DNA of 64,000 bases from Tubiluchus corallicola. Lineage: Eukaryota > Animalia > Priapulida. The stretch covers positions 1,289,173 through 1,353,172 of the forward strand of contig JAQGDQ010000007.1 in NCBI GenBank assembly GCA_030141605.1. Reading direction: 5' to 3'. Under the pieces are notes generated by a model. It searched no databases. It was not told the origin of the DNA and saw nothing but the letters and a program-made list of their open reading frames with translations. Position 1 is the stretch's first letter, and each line of letters starts with the position of its first letter. The translations under genes were made by a program, and so were the position numbers. Below are positions 30,501-45,500 of the stretch, piece after piece.

Positions 30501-33500
30501 TAATATCAAAGAAATAACCAAAACCCTAATTTATCTAACATGTCTTTCTACTACGTATGAGCTCTCTTTTTATTAATATGAGGTGATACAGAAAAATATG
30601 CTGAACTAGACTGCAATACTATTAGAAGCAAGTACCTTCAAAGTAGAAATTTCACAGCATACTGTTACAATACATTTATTTTTGACTGTGAAAGTTACAA
30701 GTTTATAATTTTTGTAATTTTTAAGTAGTAGCCGAAAAGCTTTTGCATATTAAAAGTTTACATGCTGGAACAGATAATCATCACCAACTGAAAAAACCAC
30801 GTTGGTGCATAAATTACTTCATACGTGTCAGCAAATTTATAAAGAAATCAAGTCTAGTTAGTCAATTAGGTTATATCCAATAGGTTACACACATGTCTTC
30901 ACTACAAAAGACCGATATTAAAATTTTGTTATCAATAAAAGTAGGACTTGATCGCCTAGACTACGGTACCTGGAATCCCCTTGAAGAGAAAGTCAAGAAC
31001 AGTCGCACAGAGCCGTTGATGCGCAGGAAAAATGCAAAAATTGTTTTGAGTGCTGGCCTCTACCTCCTTAAGGAAGTGAGAAACTACATCAGCTGTTAGA
31101 AGAAACGCCTTCGTCTAGTTTGTATTGAAAATAATGGACACGTAGGCACTGCTGTAAATTTTAGCAGTAGCGACATACAGTTTTTTCTTGCCACGTTGTT
31201 TTGACACGTTGTTTTCAAGCTTCTGCGTCTTTGGGAAAATCTAAGGAAATAACCTGTTTATAGGTAATCGTCTGTAGCGTTAGTGTGGTTATTGTCAAAT
31301 TCCGGACATTTTATAGCGTAGTACATATGTCTCAGAATTGTCCCATTTTTTACTATTTAAATTAATTCTTTGAGATTACACAATCATGATAAAGTAAGGC
31401 GCTTTAGCTTGATGAATAGAGTTAAGCGTACATTTTCTCTTAATTTGATTATAGGAACGAAGTAAGAGAGGTCACAAATATAGTACAAAAACGATATCAG
31501 TGTCACAAACTGCAAACATGGGTAATAACTTTTCCCATCTCTAGTGAGTTGTTTACACTAGTTATTGTAATAATTACTGGTTCCACGTATTGTATGTGGA
31601 TTAGGATATGCTATTGTTCGTCATTGTGTTAGTGGCCCCCATTTCATCAGTAATCCTCAGTGGGTTTTGCTGATATAGCTTTAGTAGCCTACCAAACTAC
31701 CTGTATTATGTGTGCCTATTGTCTGGTCAATCAATTTTGTAAAGTTCATTACCTGCAGATGCTTTCAGTCCTCCATCATGCCAGTCCGCAAAAATTGGTG
31801 GTCTGTGCTGTATATGTCTAGATTAATAGATTGCGCCTGCGCAAAATATCTAATGGGAAAAAGGAGGGTTTTTGAGCTACAGTTAATATAAAACAATACC
31901 ACTGGGAAAGCCAAGTGACGTTTTTAAAAAAATAAGTCTATGCCTTTTTATTGAGAACAAGGGTATTGTGACGTTATAAGGTTGCTGTGGTTAAGGACTT
32001 TAGGTCAGCTTATCAAATTCAATAACCGAGGTATTATCAAAAACTGTGACTTTTTTGCGTAATCGGGATTTTAGATCCTTTCAGTATTTTTAGATACTCT
32101 TCTTGTTTGTACGTCCTGTTTTTCCTGTTTGTCCTTTTTATTTTTATGTTGACAATTTTCAGTGCGTTCTCTTTTATAGCCAAGTCACAGCAGTAAGGAT
32201 AAAAGTTGTTATAATTTTTGAGAGGAAAGAGTAAATGAGGGAAAGATTTGAGCTCGCTACCTGAGTTTACCATACCTGTTTTTGCCATCTCAGGTAATAT
32301 ACATTTTAGATACAGCTCAGCCTTAGAAGTTCAGCACTTTCGACGTATCCTATATGTTTAGTTCTTTAACTTTTTGTCATGATTTCAAAAACAATTATTC
32401 TTGTAGTATACTTTCATTGAATAGATAGACAGCCTCCTGTCAGGGTATTTTGCCTGCTAATTAGCTGTTTTTATTAACCTCAACCACATCTTTAGGCCCC
32501 TTAAAAAAGTAACGCCTAATATATCAAATTGATGGTTCCAGTTCAATACAGTGACATGGATGTTTTAGTGACCTCTCGTTGCGAAAGCCAAACAAATTCC
32601 TTCACACTAATCGATGTGTTCAACAAAGGTGGACAGAGAAACCTAAAAGCAAAATCATTAATATCTGTCTCAAAATAGTTTTTTACTTTCTGATCGAACC
32701 GTTTACTATACAGGACGACTATCACCTCTAACAAGACGTTTGTAAGAGATTTATTAATGGCCCCGCGGACAAACGGTTCACTAAAGTTGTGATGAAATTA
32801 ATTTATTAACTAATCTCAGGACAGCCAAAAGTTGGGGAAAAGTTATGTTTTTCTGATTGATCAACTCTGCAACAATTTGAAATGCGCCCAAGCAACATAT
32901 TTATTCTGGCAAGATATTTGTTGAGAGATACATATATTCAGACACGTGAGGTAGCCACAAGGCCAAATGATATAAGGTGCCATGTAAAAAGACAGAAACT
33001 GCTAGACTATATTTGTTCCCTCTAAGAACAACTATGGCGGGCCCTAGATATGTGTACAAGTTCTACAAGAGAAATTGGCAACCAAATGCGCTTTCATGTA
33101 TGTATAATTTTCCTGTATGATGGTGCCGATGTCATCGGTCAAATGCAGCGGAGAATTTTTTAACCAGAACCAAAATCCCAGTATTCGATTGGCCTGGAAA
33201 CAATCCGGACCTTAACCCCAGTGAAACTTTGGATAATTGTAAGTGTAATTGTTGATAAAATTGCAGAAAAACAACCATCAAATACATAAAACCGGACAAT
33301 AGACTCAATCTCATTATAATTTACTGTCCAAATTATATATTTTCTTGCCTATAAAAGTTAGCAGTTGCTTATAATATTTTAATAATTACCTTGGAAACTT
33401 AACTAACGTCAACTGAACACAGCTATCGCTTACGTCACAAACTAACCACTGTTTGTGCAATGGTAGACATCTTCCCTGCTCCGTCAAGCACGTTTGCGTA

Positions 33501-36500
33501 AGCGAAGATTACTATAAGACACTGATGCGATGTCCCGAAAATGAACCCTACGTCATAGTGATGTCAAAGACAAACACTGCAGTTCACGATCATGCTTATC
33601 ACGGTACCGCACCTATTTGTCAGCCACTCGAATGTGCCAAAATGCATTATTGTCAGTCTGAGTGGATTCGCTGTGCCGCGCGTAGCTTTGAAAGTTTAAC
33701 AAAATCTAACAATCCGAGCTAATTATTATTTAATCTAAGGTTTGATTTAAAAAGGCTTGTAGTTTTCAATATTTTAGTGCATACTTTATTTTGACCTAAT
33801 GTCTACACAATCGCCCGGTTTTCTTTAAGAGAAACCCCTAAGGATATAATTATTATTCTTTGGGTAAAAGAATTCTCCACAGAAAGTTGTAACTTGACAG
33901 CAGCATACCGAACGCTTATACACAATGGGTTGTCAAAAGTAAAACAAGCTACACAAAATATTGAAATTTTTGTGACATGGAAACAATTTTCGTGCCGGAA
34001 ATTTCATTTAAGAACGTAGCTGTTCCTTCTCGAAAACAAAATTTGCAAATGACTGTAAAATTGAAATATGGGCAATTAAGCAGAAAAACTCGATAAGCGA
34101 GAAGACCAACGCTTCGCGTTTCGGAGTTTACTTTTAACTCGTTTCATTTCGCTAAAATAGTCGTGGCATCGTTATACAAATTATGATATTCGTGCGCTAA
34201 TTTCAATTTTAATTTTCAATTTCAGTTAGCTTTCTGTTATACACCCGTGTTCCAGGCATAAATTGAAAGTCCCTGTTCCTGTTTCTGGATCTAGGTTTGC
34301 TTATAAGTGTTAATGACCTTCAGAGACGGCCCCGCAGAGGGTTACCCAAGAGAAGGTTGTTTCCCTTGTGCCACCGTTACTCTGCATAGTATACCTGTGT
34401 CGCGTGATTTCTTAACGCTTATTAAGTAACCCAAGGTAGCGAAGGATAAGGATTAGTCGGTATTTGTGGATTTGATAATTTGCTTTCTTTACTCGCACGG
34501 GTAAACTTTCTATGCGCACGCACAGTTGACTTTTCCCTTAATTGGCAATTACAGAGAGCGTTCACATTTCTAGATGCGCGCTTATTTTACCTTGTAAAAA
34601 TTAATCGTGTTTGGCAGCTCATTTGACTCGGTTTACAGTGTTAGCTAAAATAAGCTGTTTATAATTATTTATTTCCATGTTCTGTTAGAGCAGTGATCCT
34701 TGCTTTCCTCTTCCTGGACACAGAAAACCATTCACGTGTGTGAAACCATAATTTATAACTAACTGGCATTTTTTCCGATAAAGTTTAATGCTTCTGTTTG
34801 TTTTTTAAGTGCCGCTTGTTATGGGCTTTTTACAGTAAAACATGAACAATTACGAACCGACTTCGTAATAAGATAGTTTAACTTAATTAGCTTTTTGCTG
34901 TAACTCGATATATGATTGTTTCTTTCCAAAATAATCGTGTTGATAATTTTGAATGGTAACCCAAAATCTTATAAGTCAGTTGCATCACCATACATTATGA
35001 GATTAATTTGTGACAGTCAACAAGCCCCATTGCCCTTCCTCATTACCTTTTGTGTTGACACACGTGTATTAACTTATGAGTTTGCCACTGAAGGGCCCGT
35101 ATTTACATCGCTGGGACAAACAGATGAAAAAAACGTCACCTATAGATTAGACTATTTGTACATGTACTATATTAATTAAGCGGCTCTTACGCACGCAACG
35201 GCATCTAAGACGCCACAAACAAGTATTTCAACTATGTATATGTACAATTAAGTATATGTTAAGTTAACATTAAAACCCTTTGAGGAATACCTGTGGTATT
35301 TGAGGTGCATTTGCATATAATTTATGTAAAAAGTTTGGTTTCGAATAACACTGATGGTTTTGTTATTTTGATCCATATGTGGTTTCGTTCACACTTTAAG
35401 TATGTGGAATGGGTGAAGCTGTAGTACAGAGTATTTGAGAAGAATGATAAGGTTTATCTTTAGCATCTTGGAATGGCGGAACAATAATAAACATCAACCT
35501 AGATGTCGTTACGTAATTAACCCTATTATGCAAATGATGCAATTTAAATATATTACATCACTCAAAATTTGCAATAACTTTTTTATACCTACAAGTAAGC
35601 TACCGTTTTATACCTATAAGTAAGCTACCGTTAATCACAAGCAGCTTTTGTGCAGTTTTTTTGAAAACGTACGTTTAACATATTATTCACTTTTCTCTGG
35701 TTCGAGTTTGTAACGAGATAATTATATAATATAATATATTATTAATATATTATATAACTTCCTTTTGGTTTTCTTTTCCAGTTTGCGGGCTCTGCATCTT
35801 CACAATAATCATCTCAGTTCTCTACCAAGTGAACTTGCCAACATGAAGCAACTATCTGAACTCATACTGGCATTCAACAGGTTCAGCGTTCTTCCTGAAG
35901 TCCTAAGTAGAATGAATCAGGTATGTAATGGCATTTTCGTACGTCGTACGTTTTCAGTCTTCAACTGATATTAAGTCGGTAATTTAATAGGTTACTTTTA
36001 CTGATGCACCCATTGTTTCATTAATGAAAAATGAGGCCTAATGAATGATAATAATGATTATGATTATGTTCTTTAGTTTAGGTTATATATTTCTTGGTAA
36101 TTAGTGTACGTCAGAAGACTAATAGCTCTAAAGATCTGATGACTTATTGATCAGGTATAAAGTTTCTGCTAAACTGGTCTTAAAGAGTGCCGTTTCTGTG
36201 TAGTATAGGCTGTGTAACTCATTGCTTTGAGTACCACAGGCTGGGTGAATGATATTCTATATTTTAGAACTTCTAATATCCAATTCTTCTTATTGTTGTT
36301 GTTGTCTTATGTTAACTGGAACTGGGAGTGCATTTTATGAGAATAAATAACAGTGGGAAACTTCAGTGACTAATCACTTAACCGCTGTCGTGTGCCAAGT
36401 ATGTATCCAAAGTGTGACCTTTATAAAAAATAAGATCTGAGCATGAGAAAGATGAACTAATTAGTGACTTAGAAGTAATCGAATATTCAGAACATCAGAT

Positions 36501-39500
36501 CTACCTATAGATGTACATTTCCTCAGATGAATTGTGATTAGGATTATATATGTACTTTTCAGCTCGATAACATTGTAATGACGGGCAACTATGTGGAGCG
36601 ATTACCTGGTGATACTGTGTCTGGTCTTAAACATGTCCAAAAGGTGCGTATGTCATTAGTTAGCCACTTGTCATTTTGTTGTTGAGGCATCCTTAAACAC
36701 GAATAGTATTTAATAGTTTCTAATTACTTAATTTTTTATTTGCAGATGGACTTTAGGTTAAATTGCTTGACCTTGCCTCCAGTGGAAACCATGACATTTG
36801 AGCTGTTAGAGCATTTAACACATTTGGATGTTAGTCACAACAGGATTACGAATTTAGATGTGCGTAATCTGACTGCTCTAGAATATCTAAACTGTGAACA
36901 CAATAAACTGGTGATGTTGCAAGTCTCCGGACAAAGTCTGAAACATATGCGGACTGCCCATAACAGTAAGTTGATGGCATAACATCCCACGACTCAAAAT
37001 CAGTTGTGGTACTTTAAGTAGCAATTTCGTACTGCCATTGTGTTTTATAGTATAATTTACTTGTTTGTCTAATGTTTTTCAAGGCCTTTCTTTTCTAATA
37101 GTGTAGGATTTAATTCTTTCCTCATGCAAAGGTATTTTAACTTTATTTGTTTTATCAAGGCAAAATGTGCATTTTTTATGTAAGGTAACGTGATACAAGT
37201 GAGTATCCACCGTACAATGGCAATTTAAATGATGTTGTGAACCAAAAAACTGTTCATTGGCAATTATAATCCTCTTAAGATCAAATTGAATTGGCAGGGA
37301 TGTATGAGATGCATTATGCATTCTCCTCAGCAAGAAAAATGGTTGGTAGATAAAACCATCCGGAAACAATTTTTCTTGGTGATCACTCATCCATTCACCA
37401 ATCAGGTGCAGCCCTGCAAAACCTTGGTCGCTATTTCCATATTATAGCCACTCAATTATTTCTCTTGCCATACAATCCAGCTTTTCTTTCACATAGTGTT
37501 AAAGGAATGTTTGCCTGTAATTGTGATTTCAAGGTGGAGACCAGGCAGTCTGTTACAGCCAAAAGTGGTTAAAAGACCTTTCTTTAATAAGTAAATACAG
37601 TGCTCCAGATTCTTTTCACATATTGTGTGAAATGTGTTCTGATTGCCGTTGTACTTGTCTATTACTTTTTCCTGTTAACTTTAGGAAAGTGTTACGACAT
37701 TCCTTTTGCGCATGTTCCACTCTTTTGTATTATCACAATTCATTAGTGAACAAATATTGTACTTGTAATTTTTTATTTTTTCAGGTCTTCAGAGCGTGTA
37801 CATGACCCCACTGCCTGAAAATTTACGGATTCTAGACCTCAGTCAGTAAGTGTTACACAAATTTGCTGCTAGCTTTTCTAAACACTTGGTACAGGTAGTA
37901 GAATATCAATCTCTGTATTTGTCGTTAAGCTTATGGAACTTATTAACACTTGCGGTCGTATTTCTCAAATTCTGGGAACAAACATGTTCGTTTAATAACT
38001 TAATAACTGTTTTGCAGTCTACATATAGAGAGAGTGCTCTTTATTGCTTAAGTTTATCAAAGTAGCTGATGTTAGGCATTGCTCACTGTTTCCATGTTGA
38101 GGCTTTTATTTTGTAAAATTAGGCAGCTTTCCAACTCATTTTTAATGTTATAATTTAATGAATTTAATAATGAAAGCCAGTTGCACAATACCTTTGAACT
38201 TTGATGTTTTGATTTTTTTCCCATTTAGCAATGAACTAAACAAATTACCAGAGTGGATTTGTGACTTGTGGAGGCTAGAAAAATTATTGGCACGACACAA
38301 TCGATTGTCCATACTTCCAAACAGGTTTGTTTTACTAGTGAAATTTTCCTGAAACTTTTGCCTCATTCGGTTTGCCTCACTAATTTTTTATCCTTGTGTT
38401 GCTACATGTGCTCTTTGCATTGAGAAGAATAGCAGCTAATAGTGTGGCTTATTGTACAGTAGGCGCATCTTGATAGACTCACTTTGAGATGGAAGTGTTT
38501 CAACCCAAGTAACCAACTGATTCAATTTGCGGAAGTGTGTAGCCTATTACTGTTATAGAAATATGAGTCATCATCACTCATCACCTTAGTATGCATTCCA
38601 AAGGCTTTAAATGAATCTTAGAAACTAATCAAAATTCCCATGTGCATTTATTTTAGAATACTAATTTATATAAGTGAATTAATAAAAAAAATTTAAAATC
38701 GCATGAATCTGATTATTACCACTAAAAGTTACAAGAATTTTTGCACGTTTGGTTGCTTCGTTTCTTCATGCAGGTTATGAAATTCTCATACTGATATAAA
38801 CATGGAAAATTCACGCAAAATACCTAGTCACCTAGTGCTTGAGCTGCAGCTGGTGATGACCTTGTTTCCCTTGTGAAAAGCAGCGCGAAATTCAAAAGCA
38901 AACCGCTGGACAAATGATTAAATGTTTAACTTCCAGAAATAACGAGAATAACTGCAGCGGGTGACAAAACAAAACCACTACGTTAACTTATTAGCGCATA
39001 TGATAAGCGCGCTGTACCTGCTTACAAACAAAGCTGTACGTAACATCCTGTACCTGTACCAAAGCTGTGCACCAAATCTACGTAAAGATGACATAAAAGC
39101 AGTAAAAGCTCTTTGGGCACACACAAGTGTCTTATTTTAAAATGAGACGTGAAAGAAAAAGTATTGAGTCAGTTATGCAAAGGAGTCAATTATTGACAGT
39201 TTTTATATACATTTGAATATGACCGGCTGGTACCAGTCGTTTTTAAGTCAAATAGGCGATTGGTTCTGTTAAACGAGAATTAAACTGAGTTTAATAAACT
39301 GAAAAATAAAAGTTGCAGTTATTGTTTAAGGAACAACTATATTATTTGACATACTGTATTTCATTCAACCTGCTTTAAAGATATTCAATTAGTTCTCATT
39401 CACACCTGGTTTAAAGCTAATAAGTTATCACTGAATATTGAAAAATCTAAATTTATTGTATTCACATATAAAAATAAAAGAATCCCTAGTAATCATACAG

Positions 39501-42500
39501 TAAAAATCCCAATAAATAAAGTAAAATATACTAAGTTCTTGGGCATCATCATAGATGAACACCTAACTTGGCAAGAACATCTTAGATTTATCGAAAGCAA
39601 AATCTCCAAAAACCATAGGTATTATATACAGAGTTAGACACATATTGCCTGAATCAGTACTTGTATTATTATATAATTCTCTTTTTTTACTATATCTTAA
39701 TAATTCAAACATTATTTGGGGAAGCACATACACCAGTCGATTGAAAAAAAATTCACATGATTCAGAAGAAAATAGTGTGAGCTATAACATTTGCGGTTAT
39801 CAGGACAATACACAACCAATATTTAAAAGTCTAAACATTTATGACATTAATAAGTTCCAAACTTCCATTTTCATGTACAAATTCTCTCATAAATTATTGC
39901 CACCCTTATTTACTGATTATTTTTGTTTGAATGCTGAGATACATAATTACGGTACACGATGTAGACTTAACTATCACTACATACAGTGCAACACAAATGT
40001 TAGAAAATTTTCTATTAAATACAATGGCCCTTGTATATGGAATTCAATTGCTCCAGCTATTAAAAATGCCAACACGCTGTACATATTTGAAAAAAATTAT
40101 AAACTAAACTTGCTTGAAACATATAACTGATCACTCAATCATGATTTGTTGTTTTTCATTTTCAAAAACTTCCCCTCTAGTATAATAATATTTTTATTAC
40201 TTCCCACCCTTATATATATCTGCAATGAGCACCTCCATATAGTCTAAACAAGTGTTGCCTCCTCCACAAATGCTTAACGAATGTGTTAAAGCATTTATCA
40301 TTTCTCTGTACCGACCATCAGTTTACATTGCAGTTATGGAAATTATTACTACTAATGCCCACTGTAACTCACACTAGCCATTAGCAATATATTGTAATTT
40401 TTCTCGTAACTAATTTTAGTGGCCTAGCATAAGCTAGCTTCTCGGGTCTCTAGTGCAGAATTCATGAATTGTATCATAATTTTGTATTAACAAAAACTGA
40501 TTATCGATGCACATGTAATGCATATGTATATGTTTATTGCGAAATAAATCTACTGAATTGAATTGAAATTTGTTTTTCTGTAGATTGTTGTGTAATATGG
40601 AGAATCTTAAATTACTTATGGTTGATCACAATCAGTTGACTGTACTTCCGGAATGGGTGGAAAACTGTATGATAGAAACTTTGCATATAGAATACAACAG
40701 AATTGCTCACCTTCCTGACAACCTGCTTGTTAACTGTACAAAGTATGACATTAGTCACTATTTTTAAGTAAAACTAAAAGTTGGTAACTCCTCCTCATAT
40801 AAAATATGTTCTCAAAATAAAGTTTTAAGTTTTGACTACCAAACTTTAACTTTTGTTTTTAACCCTTTCACTATGGAAGGTGGCACACTGCTGCCTACGT
40901 TTTTCTTGTAAGGGACGGAAGGCAGCAGACTGCCACCCAAGCTCAGTACTAACCGCAGGTCTGCAAAACATTAAAGAAAAGTTTGACAGCCTTGGGGTTA
41001 CTTTGAAGCCAGGTACATTCCACAATACTGTACTGCATAGTATGTTCCCACACGCAAAATTACTTGTAGATCGTTGATGAAATGTTAGTTGATCACTTGA
41101 CAAAACAACTGATCGTATATTTAGTTGATTGTTCTGCATTCTTATAAAATGATTGCATATTATGAATAAGTATTGCGTCTTTTATGAAAACTGGTTTCTA
41201 AACATAAGTATGTGCTTATTTGTGTGGGTGTGCACGTATGTGTGCGCATGTGTATAAATAAGACTAATATTCAATATTACTGTTTAATGACAAATAGCTG
41301 TTTATGTAGAAGATTCTGTTTAGAACGCACCACAAGAAGTTATTGTCAAATGTGCAAAAGCTGATGTGGCCCTGTTAATAAGCAAGTACGTAGTGAAAGG
41401 GTTAAAGTTTACTTTGAATTCTTTTGTTTGCTAAGCTGCTATTACACATACGTTGGGTAACTGCTTTTATCAATGTCATTTTGGTCTTGCAGGTTGCGTA
41501 TTCTCAATGCTACAAACAACCGGTTGACACATTTTCCACCTCTAAACCAAATACAAGACTTGAACAAAGTGTCTGAACTGTACCTCTCTTGTAACTACTT
41601 AGTAGATTCAGTGTTTGAAGAAGTCTGTGAATATCCAAGGTTGAAAATTCTGCATATGGCATACAATGACCTACAAGAGATATCCCATGAGTAAGTATTC
41701 TAACAACTGCTTGTTGTCTATTTTTGCAGTAGTAAGTTTTAAGTAATATGTTTCTGGATGATAGTATGGCATCGTTAATGTTTTTTTCTGGTTTCTTCAG
41801 AGCTGTGTGTAAGCTAGAGGTTCTTGAAGAACTGAACGTTTCTGGGAACAAGCTGCAATACCTGCCTGATGTAATTGGACAGCTTCCCAAATTAATTGTC
41901 CTACGAGCTCATTCAAACATCCTGCGATCGTTGCCTGACTTTTACAAGGCAGTTTCACTGAAGGTAAACAATTATCTGGTTTATAGCCAATGAAGCAGAT
42001 GAACTATATCAATTTCTATTTTTTAATTCAAATGCCTGTTGTTTCCTACGATAGTTTTTGATCCTTACTTTTAACCTGTAAGGTATGCGATAGTGTATGA
42101 GTAATTTTTTTCCATTTTTTGCAGGTGCTCGATGTAGGATGTAACCAACTGCACAAAGTCTCTGTTTCCAATATTATGGCTTCGCAACTCAAACATTTAG
42201 ATGTGTCATGTAATTCGGGGCTACAAGTTAGTCCACAATCATTTCAGTCATTCAGGTAGGCATAGTTGATGTGCATTTATTGTCAAGAGGAACAACATAA
42301 TTAAAAGTTAATATTGCTTTTATGCTAAATCAGTGTAAGATTTTTAATTTAGTTGAACTTTTACAAGTGTTATTTGGAAACTTGGTATGATTTTACCTTG
42401 TGTTTAGCTCAGTGAAGAATATTTCTCTTGTGGACATGACCGGGCGGAGTCGCAGCACATTAATAGGAGAACCAACTATTATACAGGAACCACCATGGTC

Positions 42501-45500
42501 TGTAGGATTTTCAGAAACTTCTGGTTCTCGAAACAAGTGAGTAAATGAAAAATTTATTCTCTTGTTTTTATTCTGAACATCATTAAAATATTTTTTGAGT
42601 ACAGTCTAGAGGATTTAGTAAAGATTTATCACATCTAACAATTCTTTAGCAACCAAATCATTTTCGTAAGATTATAATATTTTTGCTTAATTCAAGTTTT
42701 AAATTGAAATTTACTGTTGTGTAGATTGTGTATTACTCAAGTAAGGATACCACAGTATGGAGCTGATGAAGCATTATTTGGTATGTTTGATGGTGGCCGT
42801 AACAACGAGGCTCCACTTCTGCTACAAGAAAAAGTACCGACAATATTACGAGATGAGCTTAATCATCCAAAAACTTCTGAACAGTATATGAAATATACAA
42901 TGTTAACAGCGCATAGGTGAGTGAATCAGCTGCTCAGTCTGCAAACTCTTGCCTAAGTTGAGGAGAGGTTTGCTGAGTGGTCACGGAGTGTAATTACTGG
43001 CAGAAATTAAACAATGCTGGCTGGCAAATTGCTTTTTTGCAGTTTTATCTGGCGTTGGCTTTTTGTCTCATCGGGGGAAATTTTATATACATCCGAACAG
43101 TTGATACTTATTCAGCATCTAATCTTATGGAATGTTCAGACTAATGAGTTTTCTCTCTGGCAGCAAACTTGCAACGTAGGCTAGTGTAGGTTTAGTTAAT
43201 AAGCGATGTAGGTCCATGCTATAATCTTCAACAGTTATACCTCGTTTATTTAAATAAAAACCAGCCGTTCTTTCCACCCATAGAGACATCCAAGGTTTTG
43301 CACTAGCATTTAAATGATTACAACGCCTACGCAAAACACACTCGACTGTCAGCAGACGTCACAATCAAAACAACTCTGCGGCAGGAATGTATTGCACAAT
43401 TATAGTAATAATGGAGTTTAAACATTAAAAGCTTATTTTTTTATGATAAAATAGTTGCTGAACTGTGGCACATATTAAAAAACTTGCACCAGTCTCAAAA
43501 AGTACTCTTTTCATTGTTGGCTTCATTTCTATATAGCACATACACTCAGGCAGTTGACCTCGGCTATAACGAGACTCGTTTATGGCGAGCAAACAGTCCC
43601 TTGAAACTCGTTATTAACGGTTTATACTGTACCAAATTAATTTTAATATGTGAACTGTAATTGCTTTATTTTTTTGGTTAAAATTTTAAGGCTTTTGTTT
43701 AATACTGGGATAGCCAACAATTTTGCCATAACTTTCACATAGTTCTTATAAAAAAATGTATAATAGTTTGTGCAATATAGTTGGGTATTACTTGATATAG
43801 CTGCCATCATCTACATGAATTTTGAAGTGCCCGAAAGTAATGCAGCTATATCACTATATTAGTGTACAACATATTCCATTTTATTTTTCCTTTCTGATCG
43901 ATTTTACTCTTATTTTGTAGAAAGTTGAAGGCAAGTGGGCAGCGGCTTGGTGCAGCAACAGTACTGTGTCACCTGCATATGTCTTTGGTTGATAACTTTG
44001 AAGAGTACATTCTTAATTTGGCAAATGTTGGCCATGTCGAAGTCATTCTGTGCAGACAGGGTGAGCCAATGAAACTTACCCGATTATTCACAGTAGCTGG
44101 GGATCCACTAGAGTGCGAAAGAACAAGACGTAGTGATGGCATCATCACTGAAGTAAGTTCTGTGCTACTATACAAGGATGGCATATTTGCATCATACAAA
44201 CTTCAAGTTATTATCCATGTATTTTGTAATTCCTAAAATACATTCAATTATATTGTCATATTGTTTAATAATTTGGCGGAATCATCAAAAATTCGAGGAC
44301 TTTGATTGGTAGAGATGTGCAGGGTAAGTCTTATTTATTAGTTTTATCTAAAGCATTAGCCTATTGTGAATGTTGGACACTAGTCATTGTAGCTTCATGT
44401 AATTGACTGAGTACTTTACTTAATTGAATAATTAATTAAAAGGAGTGATAGGCTGCAAACACCTGTATCTATGTAAACACTAATGCTACGTCAAATAGAT
44501 AATACAAATTATATATTTTTCCTGCCTAGAATTAACTTTTTGTTCTTTTGTAGTCATTAAATAAACCCTGTACATTAATAGCAGTGACATCTGACATTAC
44601 TAATTTGTTGGTCTCAATAATCAATTTACATTTGTAAAGTAAAAACTTAAATTTTAAATCGCCTAAATCATTATTTTATGCGTCACTGATCACAAATAAA
44701 ATATTTTACATTAAAGAAATAAAACGACACAATGATTATATATTATAAGATGAAAAGGCTTTATTGTAGAGAAAATGCAGAAAAGAAAAACGCAACAAGT
44801 ATGGCCATTTCAGTTACTGCTAAGAATATTCTGCTGAATATTTGACTAGATGCAGTTTCCAGTTTAATGCACTACTTGAGTTTAAACAAATTAAGTGAGG
44901 TTAGTAATAAAGCATTGCTTTATATTTTAGGATAATAAAGTGAATGGCAATACAGAAGCCACACGTCTGTTAGGTTGTAGTTACCTGTACCCGGCTGTGG
45001 TTCCTGATCCTCACGTCACTACCGTTACACTGCGACATGATGATGAGCTTATCATCATTGCTAACAGTGGAGTCTGGCAGTATGTATCATACGAGGAAGC
45101 TGTGGCCGAGATTAGAGAAATTCAAAACCCGGTTCTTGCAGCTAAAAAGCTTCAGGTAGGAATATACAGTTGCATTTCAATATTTATAGAAATCGGGGAA
45201 TAACGTAACATTTACCTAAATTATGTGTGAAATAAATTCTGTGACACTATGGCATTATTCAAGCATTATTTCTAACGCATATTGTACAACATGATACTCA
45301 TTGTATGTTTTGCATGTTTTTTGTATACCTATCAGGCAAAGATCAATGGTCGCATGAAACCGATGAATGCCAAAGAAAGGGGGAAAGAGGTCAAATAAAT
45401 TATAGATCTGTCTGTCAACATGTAGAGAAATGTACTTTTGAATGGCCATTTAAAAACTATTAGATTTTGTAAGGGATAACTGGAAGACTTCATTGGTTCT

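Noticed and set aside
30893-31110. GC-richer ORF-like patch as a retroelement or exon fragment
   Set aside because: No diagnostic motif and no usable splice-site pair.
11882-35781. Short ORFs of 60-95 aa in the large intron as a nested protein-coding gene or extra LRR exons
   Set aside because: No recognisable domains or phase-consistent exon chain. The LRR pattern is already continuous across 11881-35782.
41510-44199. Minus-strand ORFs 41510-41890 and 43969-44199
   Set aside because: Antisense shadows of PHLPP exons.
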